In this document: in pieces, positions 36,016 to 46,377 of the stretch
How positions within the stretch are numbered: position 1 is the stretch's first letter
Layout of the letters: the number at the start of each line of letters is the position of its first letter
Assembly: GCA_963717935.1 (NCBI GenBank)
Contig: CAVQXP010000004.1
Location: forward strand, 2,048,001 to 2,112,000
Reading direction: 5' to 3'
Length of the DNA: 64,000 nucleotides
Source: Candidatus Eiseniibacteriota bacterium
GTDB taxonomy: Bacteria > Eisenbacteria > RBG-16-71-46
Program-made: the position numbers and the translations under genes
Notes under the pieces: generated by a model
Told to the model about the DNA's origin: nothing
Seen by the model: the letters and a program-made list of their open reading frames with translations, nothing else
Databases searched by the model: none

Positions 36016-37830
36016 ATGCAGGACACGACCGACACGACCCTCAACCCCATTGCGGACGCACCGCAGCGGGCTCCGTCACCCCCACGCATCCCGTTCAACG
36101 CCGACGACGAAGACGAGCTGGACGTCGAGCAGCGCGCCGAGATGTTCGGCCAGTACGAGGAGTCGCTCCGCTCCATCAGCGAGGGCGAGATCGTCCGCGG
36201 CACGGTGCTCGGCATCGACGAGAAGGAAGTCCTGGTGGACGTCGGCTTCAAGAGCGAGGGCGTCATCTCGCTCGCCGAGTTCACCGACCCCTCCAGCATC
36301 AAGGTGGGCGACATCCTCGAGGTCTTCCTCGAGAAGATGGAGAACCAGGACGGGCTCGTCGTGCTCTCCAAGCAGCGCGCCGACTTCGTGCGCGTCTGGG
36401 ATCGCGTCAAGGAGGCCCACGACACCGGTCAGGTGGTGGAAGGGAAGCTGGTCCGCAAGATCAAGGGCGGAGTCGTCGTGGATCTCTACGGGGTGGAGGC
36501 CTTCCTGCCCGGCTCGCAGATCGCGCTGCGCCAGGTGCAGAACGTGGACGCCCTGCTGGGCCAGAACGTGCAGGTCAAGATCATCAAGCTGAACAAGCGG
36601 CGCCGGAACATCGTGGTGTCGCGCCGGGCCGTGCTCGAGGAGGAGCGCGACCGGATGAAGTCCACGATCCTCAAGGACCTCGCGAAGGACCAGATCCGCG
36701 AGGGCGTGGTCAAGAACATCACCGACTTCGGCGCCTTCGTCGACCTCGGCGGCATCGACGGCCTGCTTCACATCACCGACATGTCCTGGGGCCGCGTCTC
36801 GCACCCGTCGGAGATCTCGAAGATCGGCGACAAGGTGCGGGTCAAGGTGCTCAACTTCGACCCCGAGAAGGAGCGCATCTCGCTCGGCCTGAAGCAGCTC
36901 GAGCCCTACCCCTGGGAGGGCGTCGAGGAGAAGTACAAGGTCGGCGACCGCATCAACGGCAAGGTGGTCTCGATCACCGACTACGGCGCATTCATCGAGC
37001 TGGAGAAGGGCGTCGAGGGCCTCATCCACGTCTCCGAGATGTCCTGGACGCGGCACGTCCGGCACCCGTCCAAGGTCGTCAACATCGGCGACATCATCGA
37101 GGCCGTGGTGCTCAAGGTGGACAAGGCCAACGAGAAGATCTCGCTCGGTCTCAAGCAGGTCGAGCCGGATCCCTGGCTGACGCTCGACGAGAAGTACCCG
37201 GCCGGCATGCGCGTACGCGGGAAGGTCCGCAACCTGACCAACTTCGGCGCGTTCGTCGAGCTGGAAGAGGGCATCGACGGGTTGGTGCACGTCTCGGACA
37301 TGTCCTGGACCAAGCGCGTCGCGCACCCCAGCGAGGTGCTCAAGAAGGGTGACACGGTGGAGGTGGTGATCCTGTCCATCGACAAGGAGCACCGCCGCAT
37401 CAGTCTCGGCCTGAAGCAGGTCAGCGACGATCCGTGGCCCTATCTTGCGGAGCGCTTCCCCTCGGGCATGGAGCTCGCGGGGGCGGTCAATCGCCTGTTC
37501 GACCGCGGCGCGATCGTGGACGTCGGCGAGGGCATCGAGGGCTTCGTGCCGCTCTCACAGCTCGGCATCGAGGATCTCAAGCGCCCCAACGACGCCTTCG
37601 AGGTGGGCGAGGAGTTCGCCATGAAGGTGACGCGCGTGGATGTCGCCAACCACCGCCTGATCCTCAGCGTGAAGGCCTGGCTCTCCGAGCAGGACGACAT
37701 CGCCCTCGCCGAGTGGACCTCCAAGCGGAACTCCGTCCGCGCCAGGATCGCGGCGAACCCGCCGGAAGAGACCCCGGTGGACCCGAAGACGAAGGAGCGG
37801 GCCCCGGCCGAGCCGGAGGACGAGGAATAG
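36016..37830 (+). CDS. rpsA: 30S ribosomal protein S1
   Basis: Six S1 repeats (VDVGFKSEG, AFLPGSQ, DFGAFVDLGGIDGLLHITDMSW, DYGAFIELEKGVEGLIHVSEMSW, NFGAFVELEEGIDGLVHVSDMSW). Confidence 0.98.
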   Translation: MQDTTDTTLNPIADAPQRAPSPPRIPFNADDEDELDVEQRAEMFGQYEESLRSISEGEIVRGTVLGIDEKEVLVDVGFKSEGVISLAEFTDPSSIKVGDILEVFLEKMENQDGLVVLSKQRADFVRVWDRVKEAHDTGQVVEGKLVRKIKGGVVVDLYGVEAFLPGSQIALRQVQNVDALLGQNVQVKIIKLNKRRRNIVVSRRAVLEEERDRMKSTILKDLAKDQIREGVVKNITDFGAFVDLGGIDGLLHITDMSWGRVSHPSEISKIGDKVRVKVLNFDPEKERISLGLKQLEPYPWEGVEEKYKVGDRINGKVVSITDYGAFIELEKGVEGLIHVSEMSWTRHVRHPSKVVNIGDIIEAVVLKVDKANEKISLGLKQVEPDPWLTLDEKYPAGMRVRGKVRNLTNFGAFVELEEGIDGLVHVSDMSWTKRVAHPSEVLKKGDTVEVVILSIDKEHRRISLGLKQVSDDPWPYLAERFPSGMELAGAVNRLFDRGAIVDVGEGIEGFVPLSQLGIEDLKRPNDAFEVGEEFAMKVTRVDVANHRLILSVKAWLSEQDDIALAEWTSKRNSVRARIAANPPEETPVDPKTKERAPAEPEDEE

Positions 37831-37868
37831 CGTCGGGCTCGCGCCTCGCGCGCAGGCGGACGGAACAC

Positions 37869-37907
37869 GAACCGGGCGGGGGCACGCTCCCCGCCCGGTT
37901 CACTTTT
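37869..37907 (+). terminator. Rho-independent terminator after rpsA
   Basis: GAACCGGGCGGGG / CCCCGCCCGGTTC 13-bp stem followed by ACTTTT. Confidence 0.8.
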
Positions 37908-37935
37908 GCGGGCGGGCGCTCTATCCTCCCCACCC

Positions 37936-38862
37936 ATGTCGGCTCTCCACGTGTTCCTGCTCGCCTTCCTGGCGACCACGCCGTCGTCCTCGACCGTCCG
38001 GCAGGTGCTCGAGTCCTACCCGGCCGACAGCCTCCCCGCGCCCCTGGCCCGTCTCGAGGCCACCCATCGCGCCAGCGACGCCGCAGAGGCGGCGCTCACG
38101 CTCGGCCGCCTGCACTACGCGCGCGGCGAGTACCGCCAGGCGGCCGGGGACTTCGCCCGCGCCACCCCGCACTTCGACCCGGCCCGCCGTGGCGAGGCCC
38201 ACTACTGGACGGGGCTCGCCTGGCTCGGCGCAGGGGAGATCGGCCAGGCGCGGGCGGCATTCCAGGAGGCGGCGCGGAAGGACTCCCCGCGGCGTCCGGA
38301 GGCCCAGCTCGGCGTGGCTCTCTGCTGGGAGGCCGCGCGCCGGCCCGAGCGCGCACTCGAGACGCTCCAGACCCTCCTCGCGGGCGAACCCGGCGAGGCC
38401 GGCCCGGCCGCGCTGGAGCGCGTCGTGGTCCTCGCCACCCGGCTCGAGCGGACCGAGCTCGCCCGACGCGCGCGCGAGCGGCTCGCGAAGGACTACCCGC
38501 GCAGCATCGAGGCGGTGCGGGCCCTGCGCCTGCCCGCGAACGCGGCCGGACGGGCTTCACGCCCCGCATCCCGCCCGCCGGCGCCTCCAGCAGCGCGCGT
38601 GGCGCCCCCGCCCGTGGCCGCGCAGGTGCCGCTGGCCGTCCGGATCGGCGTCTTCCGCGAGGAGGCACGCGCGCGCGAGCTCGCCGAGCGCGCCCGCCGC
38701 GAGGGATTCGGACCCGTGCGTGTCAGGGCCCTCACGGACGCGGGCGGCATGCTCTACGCGGTGCGCGTCGGCGTCTATGCCACCGCCGAGGATGCCCGCG
38801 GCGCCGGACAACGGCTGGGCCGCGCGCTGGGCGTCGCCTGGCGGGTGGTGCCCGCACCGTGA
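37936..38862 (+). CDS. TPR-repeat plus SPOR-domain envelope protein
   Basis: Signal-like N-terminus; TPR helices (LGRLHYARGEYRQA, AHYWTGLA), KDYPRS; C-terminal VRIGVF..YAVRVGVYAT. Confidence 0.8.
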   Translation: MSALHVFLLAFLATTPSSSTVRQVLESYPADSLPAPLARLEATHRASDAAEAALTLGRLHYARGEYRQAAGDFARATPHFDPARRGEAHYWTGLAWLGAGEIGQARAAFQEAARKDSPRRPEAQLGVALCWEAARRPERALETLQTLLAGEPGEAGPAALERVVVLATRLERTELARRARERLAKDYPRSIEAVRALRLPANAAGRASRPASRPPAPPAARVAPPPVAAQVPLAVRIGVFREEARARELAERARREGFGPVRVRALTDAGGMLYAVRVGVYATAEDARGAGQRLGRALGVAWRVVPAP

Positions 38863-41478
38863 AGCCCCCGAAGAACGTCGGCCGCACCCCGCTCATGGAG
38901 CAGTACCTGAGCGTCAAGCGGGAGCACCCCGACGCGTTCCTCTTCTTCCGCCTCGGCGACTTCTACGAGATGTTCTTCGACGACGCCGTCCGCGGAGCCG
39001 CGCTGCTCGGTCTCACGCTCACTTCACGCAACCGGCAGGATCCCGAGCCCATCCCGATGTGCGGCATCCCCTGGCACCAGCGCGACGCCTACCTCGCACG
39101 CCTGCTGCGGCTGGGCCACAAGGTCGCCGTCTGCGACCAGCTCGAGGACGCGGCTCTGGCGAAGGGACTCGTCCGGCGCGGTGTCACCGAGGTGCTGACG
39201 CCGGGCTCGGTCACGGGTGACGCCTTCCTCGAAGCGTCGGCGAACAATTTCCTGGCCGCCCTGTGGCCCGGGGCGGAGGCGCTGGGCGTGTGCCTGGCGG
39301 ACGCCTCGACCGGCGAGGTCAAGCTGGCCGAGGCCCCGTGGGAGGACGCGGCGGGCTTCCTCTCCCGCCTGCACGTGGCCGAGTGGCTCATGCCCCAGGA
39401 GCGCGACCTCCAGGATGCGGCTGGCGACCGGCTCGAGGCCGCGCTGCGCGGGCTCCCGGGCACCCGCAGCACCGCGACCGCGCTGCGCTTCCTCGACCCC
39501 GGGCTGCCGCGCGCACGATGGGACACCGCCGGCTCGGCCCTGCTCGACGCGCTCCCCATCGCCGCGCTGGCCGCCGCGACCGCGCTCGACTACCTCGACC
39601 GCGTGCAGGGCGGCGCGGCGCTCCAGCTCACGCGCGTCGAGCGCTGGAGCGAGGAGGCCGTGCTGCGCTACGACGGTGCCACCGCGCGCCACCTCGAGTT
39701 GTTCCACGCGCAGCCCGGAGGCGACCCCGCCCACACCCTCTGGCGCCACCTGAACCTGTGCGTGAGTCCGCTCGGGACGCGCCTCCTGCGCGTCTGGCTC
39801 GAGCGCCCCCTCACGGACCTGGCAGCCATCACCGCCCGCCACGACGCGGTCGGGGCCTGGCTCGCGCCCGGCACCGCGCGAAGCGCGTTCCGCGAGCGGC
39901 TCAAGGGGCTCGCGGACCTCGAACGCCTGGCCGCCCGGCTCGCGTGCGCCAGGGCCACGCCGCGCGACCTGGGCGCCCTGCGCGATGCCCTCGGCCGCCT
40001 TCCCGCGCTGGCGGCGGCTCTCGAGGACCTCCCCGGGCACGCGGCCGGCCACCGCCTCGCTCGCGGTCGACCCGACCCTCGAGCAGATGCTGCGGGAGGC
40101 GCTCGTGGACGACCCACCGCCCCTCTCACGCGAGGGCGGCATCATCCGCCCCGGCCACGACGAGCGCCGGGACGAACTCGACGCCCTGGCCCATTCGGGC
40201 AAGCGATGGATCGCCGAGCTCGAGACCTCGGAACGCGCGCGCACCGGGATCGGCAGCCTCAAGGTGGGCTTCAACCGCGTCTTCGGCTACTACCTCGAGG
40301 TCACCCGGTCGCACCTCGAGAAGGTGCCGCCGGACTACGAGCGGCGGCAGACGCTGACGACTGCCGAGCGCTTCGTGACCCCCGCCCTCAAGGCGCGCGA
40401 GTCGGAGGTCCTGGGCGCGGAGGAGAAGCTCAAGGCGCTCGAGCACGAGCTCTTCACTGCGCTGCGAGAGCGGGCAGCCGCCCACGTCGCCGAAGTCCAG
40501 CGCACGGCCGCGACGCTCGCGCGCCACGACGCGGAAGCCGCGCTGGCCGAGGCGGCGGCCCGCTACGGCTGGGTCCGGCCCGCCGTCGACGACTCGGACC
40601 GCATCCAGCTCGTCGCGGCCCGCCACCCCGTCGTGGAGCGCGTGCTGGCGCGCGGCGAGTTCGTGCCCAACGACTGCGTGCTGGACGGCTCGGCGCGGCA
40701 GATCCTGCTGCTCACCGGCCCCAACATGGGCGGCAAGAGCACCTACCTGCGCCAGGTCGCGCTCATCGTGCTGCTCGCCCAGAGCGGCTCCTTCGTGCCC
40801 GCCGCGAGCGCGGCTATCGGCCGCGTGGACCGGCTCTTCACGCGCGTGGGCGCGGCGGACCGGCTGGGCGCGGGGCAGAGCACCTTCATGGTCGAGATGA
40901 GCGAGACTGCCGACATCCTGCGGCTCGCCACGCCGCGCTCGCTCGTGCTGCTGGATGAGATCGGGCGCGGTACGGCCACCTATGACGGACTGGCCCTGGC
41001 CTGGGCGGTGACGGAGCACCTGCACGCTGGCGACGGCCCGCGGCCACGCACGATCTTCGCGACCCACTACCACGAGCTCACGCAGCTCGCCGGGAGTCTG
41101 CCGCGGCTCGCGAACATCCAGGTGACCGTGGACGACTCCGGCGGGAGCGTGGTGTTCCTGCACGGCATCGCCGACGGGGCGGCCGACCGTTCCTACGGCA
41201 TCCACGTGGCGAAGCTGGCCGGGCTCCCGGAGACGGTCCTCTCCCGGGCACGCGAGGTGCTCGTGGAGCTCGAGAGCGAGCGGACGGTCGAGCACCTGGA
41301 GCCTCCCGGGCGCCGCCGCGCGCGCGCGCCCCGGCCCCCCACGAACCAGCTGCCGCTGTTCGGCGCGGCACCGCACCCGGTGCTGGAGGACCTGGCGCGG
41401 CTCGAACTCGAGAAGCTCTCGCCCCTCGAGGCGCTCAACCGGATCGCGCAGTGGAAGCGGACGCTCGGGACGGGATGA
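38859..41478 (+). CDS. mutS: DNA mismatch repair protein MutS (frameshift near 40050)
   Basis: TPLMEQY, FFRLGDFYEMF, PMCGIP, TGPNMGGKSTYLRQ, STFMVEM, LLDEIGRGT, FATHYHEL, SYGIHVAKLAGLP. Confidence 0.96.
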
Positions 41479-41980
41479 CCGCGGTGCGCCGCCGGGGCGA
41501 CACGCCCCCGGCCGCGCTGCGGGCCTTGCGCCACGCCTCGAGCCGCGCCCAGTGCCCGGGCCGCTCTGCCCGGATCCAGTCCTCGAACTCCGCGGGCGTG
41601 TCGAACCAGGCGCGGATGTCCGCGAGCGGCAGCCAGCGCTCGCAGGAGCGCGGGTCGTACTCCCGGCACATCACCGGATGCCGTCCATGGATGGCGCAGC
41701 GGTCGTCCGGGCCCAGTTGCGCGCACCGGGTCTCGAAGTGCAGTGACCAGCGCTCCGGCCGCTCCACGTAGAGCTGCACGCCGCGGTGGTGAAGGGCCCA
41801 GATCCACTGGTCGTACTCCCACGGAGTGCGCGGTGCGTCGATCTCGACCGTGATGTAGGTGCAGCACTTGACGCAACCGCGGCACAGCGCCGCCGTCTCG
41901 GCACGCCGCAACGCGAGGGATGTTCGCGGGTCCTCCCCGGGAGCGGGGCTGCGGTCAGGGTGGTCGGGTCCTTTCTTCAT
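41435..41980 (-). CDS. YkgJ family CxxCxxCC Zn/Fe-chelating protein
   Basis: LCRGCVKCC, RCAQL..RCAIHGRHPVMCREY; 3' end overlaps mutS. Confidence 0.85.
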   Translation of the reverse strand: MKKGPDHPDRSPAPGEDPRTSLALRRAETAALCRGCVKCCTYITVEIDAPRTPWEYDQWIWALHHRGVQLYVERPERWSLHFETRCAQLGPDDRCAIHGRHPVMCREYDPRSCERWLPLADIRAWFDTPAEFEDWIRAERPGHWARLEAWRKARSAAGGVSPRRRTAVIPSRASASTARSG

Positions 41981-42074
41981 CGCGTCCGTGTATAGCGGAA
42001 CCGCGCCCCGGAGCCAAGTGGACCGGCTCGTGGCCCACCGATTGCGGCGCCGGGCGCTCGTCCACGGGCGGCTA

Positions 42075-42149
42075 CCGCACGGCCTGCACACGCTGGGGGA
42101 CGAGCAGAGGCACCATGCGCTCGTCCCCCAGCGTGTGCAGGCCGTGCGG
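42075..42149. repeat. Perfect 31-bp inverted repeat with 13-nt loop
   Basis: CCGCACGGCCTGCACACGCTGGGGGACGAGC (42075-42105) is the exact reverse complement of 42119-42149. Confidence 0.95.
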
Positions 42150-42153
42150 CTTC

Positions 42154-42501
42154 TCAGTTTGCCCGCGAGAGGCCCTTCCAGACCATCCCCACCAGGCTCA
42201 GCACGATGGAGGCGAGGATCGTCGTGCCGAAGCCACCGGGGATGGAGAACCCCCGCACGAGCCTCGCGGCCAGCCACAGCATCAGCGCGTTGAGCACCAG
42301 GAGGAAGAGCCCCAGCGTGAGGAGCGTGAGCGGGAGCGTCAGGAGGAAGAGAACGGGCTTGAGCAGCGTGTTCAGGAGGGCGAGCCAGAAGGCCGCCCAG
42401 AGTGCGGGCCCCCAGCCGGTCACGACGAACCCCGGGAGCACGCGCGTCAGCAGGAGCATGGCACCGGCCATCACGACGAAGTACAGCACCAGGCCGATCA
42501 T
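42154..42501 (-). CDS. YvlD-like (phage holin 4 family) four-TM membrane protein
   Basis: LLNTLLKPVLFLLTLPLTLLTLGLFLLVLNALML; overlaps the yitJ stop codon. Confidence 0.88.
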   Translation of the reverse strand: MIGLVLYFVVMAGAMLLLTRVLPGFVVTGWGPALWAAFWLALLNTLLKPVLFLLTLPLTLLTLGLFLLVLNALMLWLAARLVRGFSIPGGFGTTILASIVLSLVGMVWKGLSRAN

Positions 42502-44357
42502 CAGCCCTCCAGCACCTCGAGACAGTTCTCGTAACGCCCGAACGAGGGCATCAGGTAGACGCCGCTCGAGCTGGAGCGGCAGCGCGCGAGCAGTTCCCGC
42601 GCCAGATCGACACCCGCCCGCTGCCCTTCGTTGCCCGCCGCGTGCAGCTTGGCGCGGATCCAGTCGGGCACCTGGATGCCGGGCACCTCGTTGTGCAGGA
42701 ACTCCGCGTGCCGGAAGGACTGAAGCGGCAGGATCCCGACCAGGATCGGGATGCCGGGGCTGCGCGCCCATGCGCTCGAGGAAGCGCTCCCAGGCCTCCA
42801 GCTCGTAGACCGGCTGGGTCATGACGAACTGGGCGCCGGCGTCGAGCTTCCGGCGGAAGCGGTCCAACTCGAGGTCGAGGTCCTCGGCGGTCGGGTTCAC
42901 GCCGCAGCCCATGGCGAAGGAGGTGCTGGCGCCGATCGAGTTGCCCGCCAGGTCCGTGCCATGGTTCATCTGGTCCACGATGCGGATGAGCCCCATCGAG
43001 TCGGTGTCGTAGACGGCGGTGGCGTTCGGGATAGTCGCCGAGGCTCGGCGGGTCGCCGGTGAGGCAGAGGATGTTGCGCAGACCCAGGGCGTGGCAGCCC
43101 AGCAGGTCGCTCTGCAGGCCCATCAGGTTCCGGTCACGGGTGGTGAAGTGCAGGATGATCTCGAGCGGCGGGCAACTGGGCGTGGACCTCGTAGGCCAGC
43201 GCCAGCGCGCTCATGCGGATGCGGGCCATCGGCGAGTCGGCGATGTTGACCGCGTCGACGCCGCGCCGCGCCATGAGCTGCGCGCCCTCCAGCACCTTCT
43301 TCGTGGAGACGCCGCGCGGCGGGTCGATCTCGACGCTCACCAGGAACTTCTCGCCGCAGCTGCGCGAGGAACGGCGGCTCGGACCCGGCGGGCGCGGGCT
43401 CGACCGGCGCGGGCGCGCTCTTCGAGCACCCGCACCTCGGCCCCCGGCGCCAGCTTCTCGGCCGGCAGGCGCGAGGCGAGCCGCTCCCGCATGACGCGCA
43501 CGTGCGCGGGCGTCGTGCCGCAGCAGCCGCCCACCAGGCGCACGCCCATCTCCAGCGCGCGGGCGGCGAACTCCGCGAAGTACTCGGGGCTCGCGAGGTA
43601 CTGGAAGCGGCCGCCGTGCAGGTGCGGAAGCCCCGCGTTGGGCATGGCCGAGACCGGCAGGGCTCCGGCCGCCACCCTCATCATCTCCTCGAGCACCTCG
43701 AGCGTCGCCTGGGGGCCCACCCCGCAGTTCACGCCCACCACGTCCGCCCCGGCCTGCCTCAGCGCGGGCACCGCCAGCGCGGGAGCGTGTCCGTAGAGCG
43801 TCTTGCCGTCCACTCCGAACGTCATCTGCGCGATCACCGGCACGTCGATCGAGACCCTTCGCACCGCGCGCAGCGCCGCCAGGATCTCGTTCAGGTCCTG
43901 GAACGTCTCGAGGATGAAGCAGTCCACGCCCGCCCTCGATCAGGCCCTCCGCGCTGGCCTGGAACCAGCGCTCCGCGTCGGCTACCGCGATCTGTCCGAA
44001 GGGCAGGAGCGCCTTGCCGAGCGGCCCCATCGAGCCCGCCACGAACGCCGGCACGCCCGCGATCTCGCGCGCCGCACGGGCCACACGGGCGCCCTGCCGG
44101 GCGATGACGCGCACTTCCTTCTCGAGTCCGTGGGCGAGCAGGCGCAGGTGGTTCGCGCCGAACGTGTTCGTCTCGATGAGCTCCGCGCCGGCGGCGAGAT
44201 AGTCGCGATGGATCGACTCGACCAGGCCGGGGTTCGTGAGGTTGGCCTGGTCGAAGCAGTGGCCGAAGGGCACGCCGCGCTCGTAGAGCAGGGTGCCCAT
44301 CGCGCCGTCGGCGAGGAGCGGCCCCTGGGCCAGTCGGTCGAGAAAGGGAGCACGCAT
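42501..44357 (-). CDS. yitJ: Bifunctional homocysteine S-methyltransferase / 5,10-methylene-THF reductase (several frameshifts)
   Basis: [34 protein letters not shown]; then [40 protein letters not shown]. Confidence 0.92.
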
Positions 44358-44364
44358 GACGCGC

Positions 44365-44393
44365 AGCCTAAGTGGTGAGGTACGGGGTGGCAA
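44365..44393 (-). promoter_or_regulatory. Sigma70-type promoter of yitJ, leaderless
   Basis: Minus strand TTGCCA-N17-TAGGCT, then 7 nt to ATG 44357. Confidence 0.65.
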
Positions 44394-44448
44394 GGGCGGC
44401 CCCGCGGGCGGACGTCTTCATCGTTTCGTCAATTCCCGCCCCGTCGGA

Positions 44449-44477
44449 TTGGCCACCCCCGGAGCCTCTGATACAGT
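44449..44477 (+). promoter_or_regulatory. Sigma70-type promoter of S55 peptidase operon
   Basis: TTGGCC-N17-TACAGT with extended TG. Confidence 0.55.
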
Positions 44478-44485
44478 GCCCGGCC

Positions 44486-46377
44486 GTGCCACCAATCTCC
44501 TGCGACCGTTCCGCCCGTGGGCCCCACGCCGGGCCTCCGTGCTCGCGGGCCTGCTCGTCGCCATCCTGGGGGCGTCCGCGCTCCTGGTGCCGGCGCCCGG
44601 CGGTGCCGCGACGCCGCCGACCCTCGCGCCCGAGCAGCTCAGGCCGGGCGACCGCGCCGTGGTGCGCTCGGTCTTCCGCGGTGACTCGATCGAGGAGTTC
44701 CCGGCCGAGATCGTGGGCGTGCTTTCCGGCGGGCGCATCGCCGGTCAGACCATCATCGCCCGCGCCACGTCGGAGCGCCTGAGACGACTCGGCGTGGCCC
44801 AGGGGATGAGCGGTTCGCCGGTCTACGTGGACGGCCACCTGATCGGGGCGCTGGCCTCCTCCTGGCCCTTCGCGCGCGACCCTCTCTTCGGGATCACCCC
44901 GATCCGCGAGATGCTGAGGCTGTTCGAACAGCCCTCTTCCTCCACGACGGGGCCGGCGGGCGGACCTGCCGGGGTCGAGCTCACCGCGCTCCCGGACGAC
45001 CTGCGCTTCGGCGAGTTCTACTGGGACGAGAGCGGCCCCAAGGAACCCGCGCCCACGCCCGGAATCGATGACGTCCGGCGCGGATCCCCGGCGGGCGCAC
45101 CGGTGTCGCTTCCCATCCCGCTCGCCTGCGGCGGCCTCGCGCCGGTCGCGCTCGACGCGGCGCAGCAGTGGCTCGCGCCACTCGGCTTCCGCGCCGTCCC
45201 GGGCGGCAGCACTCCCGACGGCGGCCCGGACGCCTCCAGTCTCGAACCGGGCTCCGCCGTGGCCGTGGACCTCATGCGCGGAGACCTGCAGGTCTCCGCC
45301 ATCGGCACGCTCACCTGGCGCGACGGGGCCCGCGTGCTGCTCTTCGGGCATCCCTTCTTCCATTCGGGCGACGTGCGGCTGCCGCTCTCGACCGCGCGCA
45401 TCACCACCGTGGTCTCGAGCGACTACGTCTCCTTCAAGCTCGGTTCCCGCGGCCGCGAGGTGGGGGCCGTGACGCAGGACCGGCGGACCGGCTTGTCGGG
45501 CACGATCGGACCGCGCGTGCCGCTGCTGCCGCTGGCGGTCCGCGTCGAGGGCGCGCGTCCGGCGCCGCAGCACTTCCGAGTCGAGCTGGTCGAAGACCGC
45601 ATCCTGGCGCCCCGACTGGCGGGGCTCGCGACGTTGAACAGCCTGCTCGAGTCGGGCGGCACCGGCCCGGGTCAGGCCCTGGCGTGGACGCTGACGCTCC
45701 ATCGCCGCGACGCGCCCCCGCTGGTCCTGCAGGACGTGACCTCGGGCGAAACACCCACGGCCGAGGCGGCCAGCGCGATCAACGGACCGCTGGCCTTCCT
45801 CTTCGGGAATCCCTTCGAGCGCCTGCGGCTCGACAGCATCGAAGTCGTGGTCCACCTCTCAGCGGGACGCCGATCGTGCGCGCTGCGCTCCGCGCGCCTG
45901 CTCGACGCGGCGGTCCGGCCCGGCGGCCGTGCTCGCATCGAGTGCCGCATCGAGCACTGGCGCGGTCCCACCGAGACCCGCCTGATCGAGCTGCCAGTCG
46001 CGGCGGAGCTTCCGGACGGGCGCTATGCCCTCTGGGTGGGAGGGGGAGCGGAACTCTCGCGCCTCGAGGCCAAGCGCTTCCCTGCCCGCTACCGTCCCAC
46101 GTCGCTCGACGACGCCTGGCGGCGTCTCGGGCGGCTGCGGCCCGCGGACGCGCTCTATGCCGTCATCCTGGCCAGCGCTCCCGACGTCACCTCTGCGGGG
46201 CGGGACTACCCGGAGTTGCCCGCTTCCGCCGCGGCCGTGCTGTCCAGCGGGCTGGCGGCCGGCGATCTCGCCAACCGCGCCGAGGCGGCGCTGCTCGACG
46301 AAACGTCGCTCCCGCTCGGCGCTGCGACCCGGGGCGAGCTGCAGCTCGTCCTCACCGTGGATTCCAAGGCCCCATGA
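44486..46377 (+). CDS. SpoIVB peptidase S55 domain protein, secreted (start uncertain: 44486 needs an indel, 44539 is in frame)
   Basis: Signal peptide; GVAQGMSGSPVYVDGHLIGAL, GITPIREM, SAIGTLT, FGHPF, QDRRTG. Confidence 0.88.

Noticed and set aside
42154..42501. Prophage inferred from the 'phage holin family' protein
   Set aside because: YvlD-type proteins are common chromosomal membrane proteins; no integrase, capsid, terminase or lysin genes are nearby.
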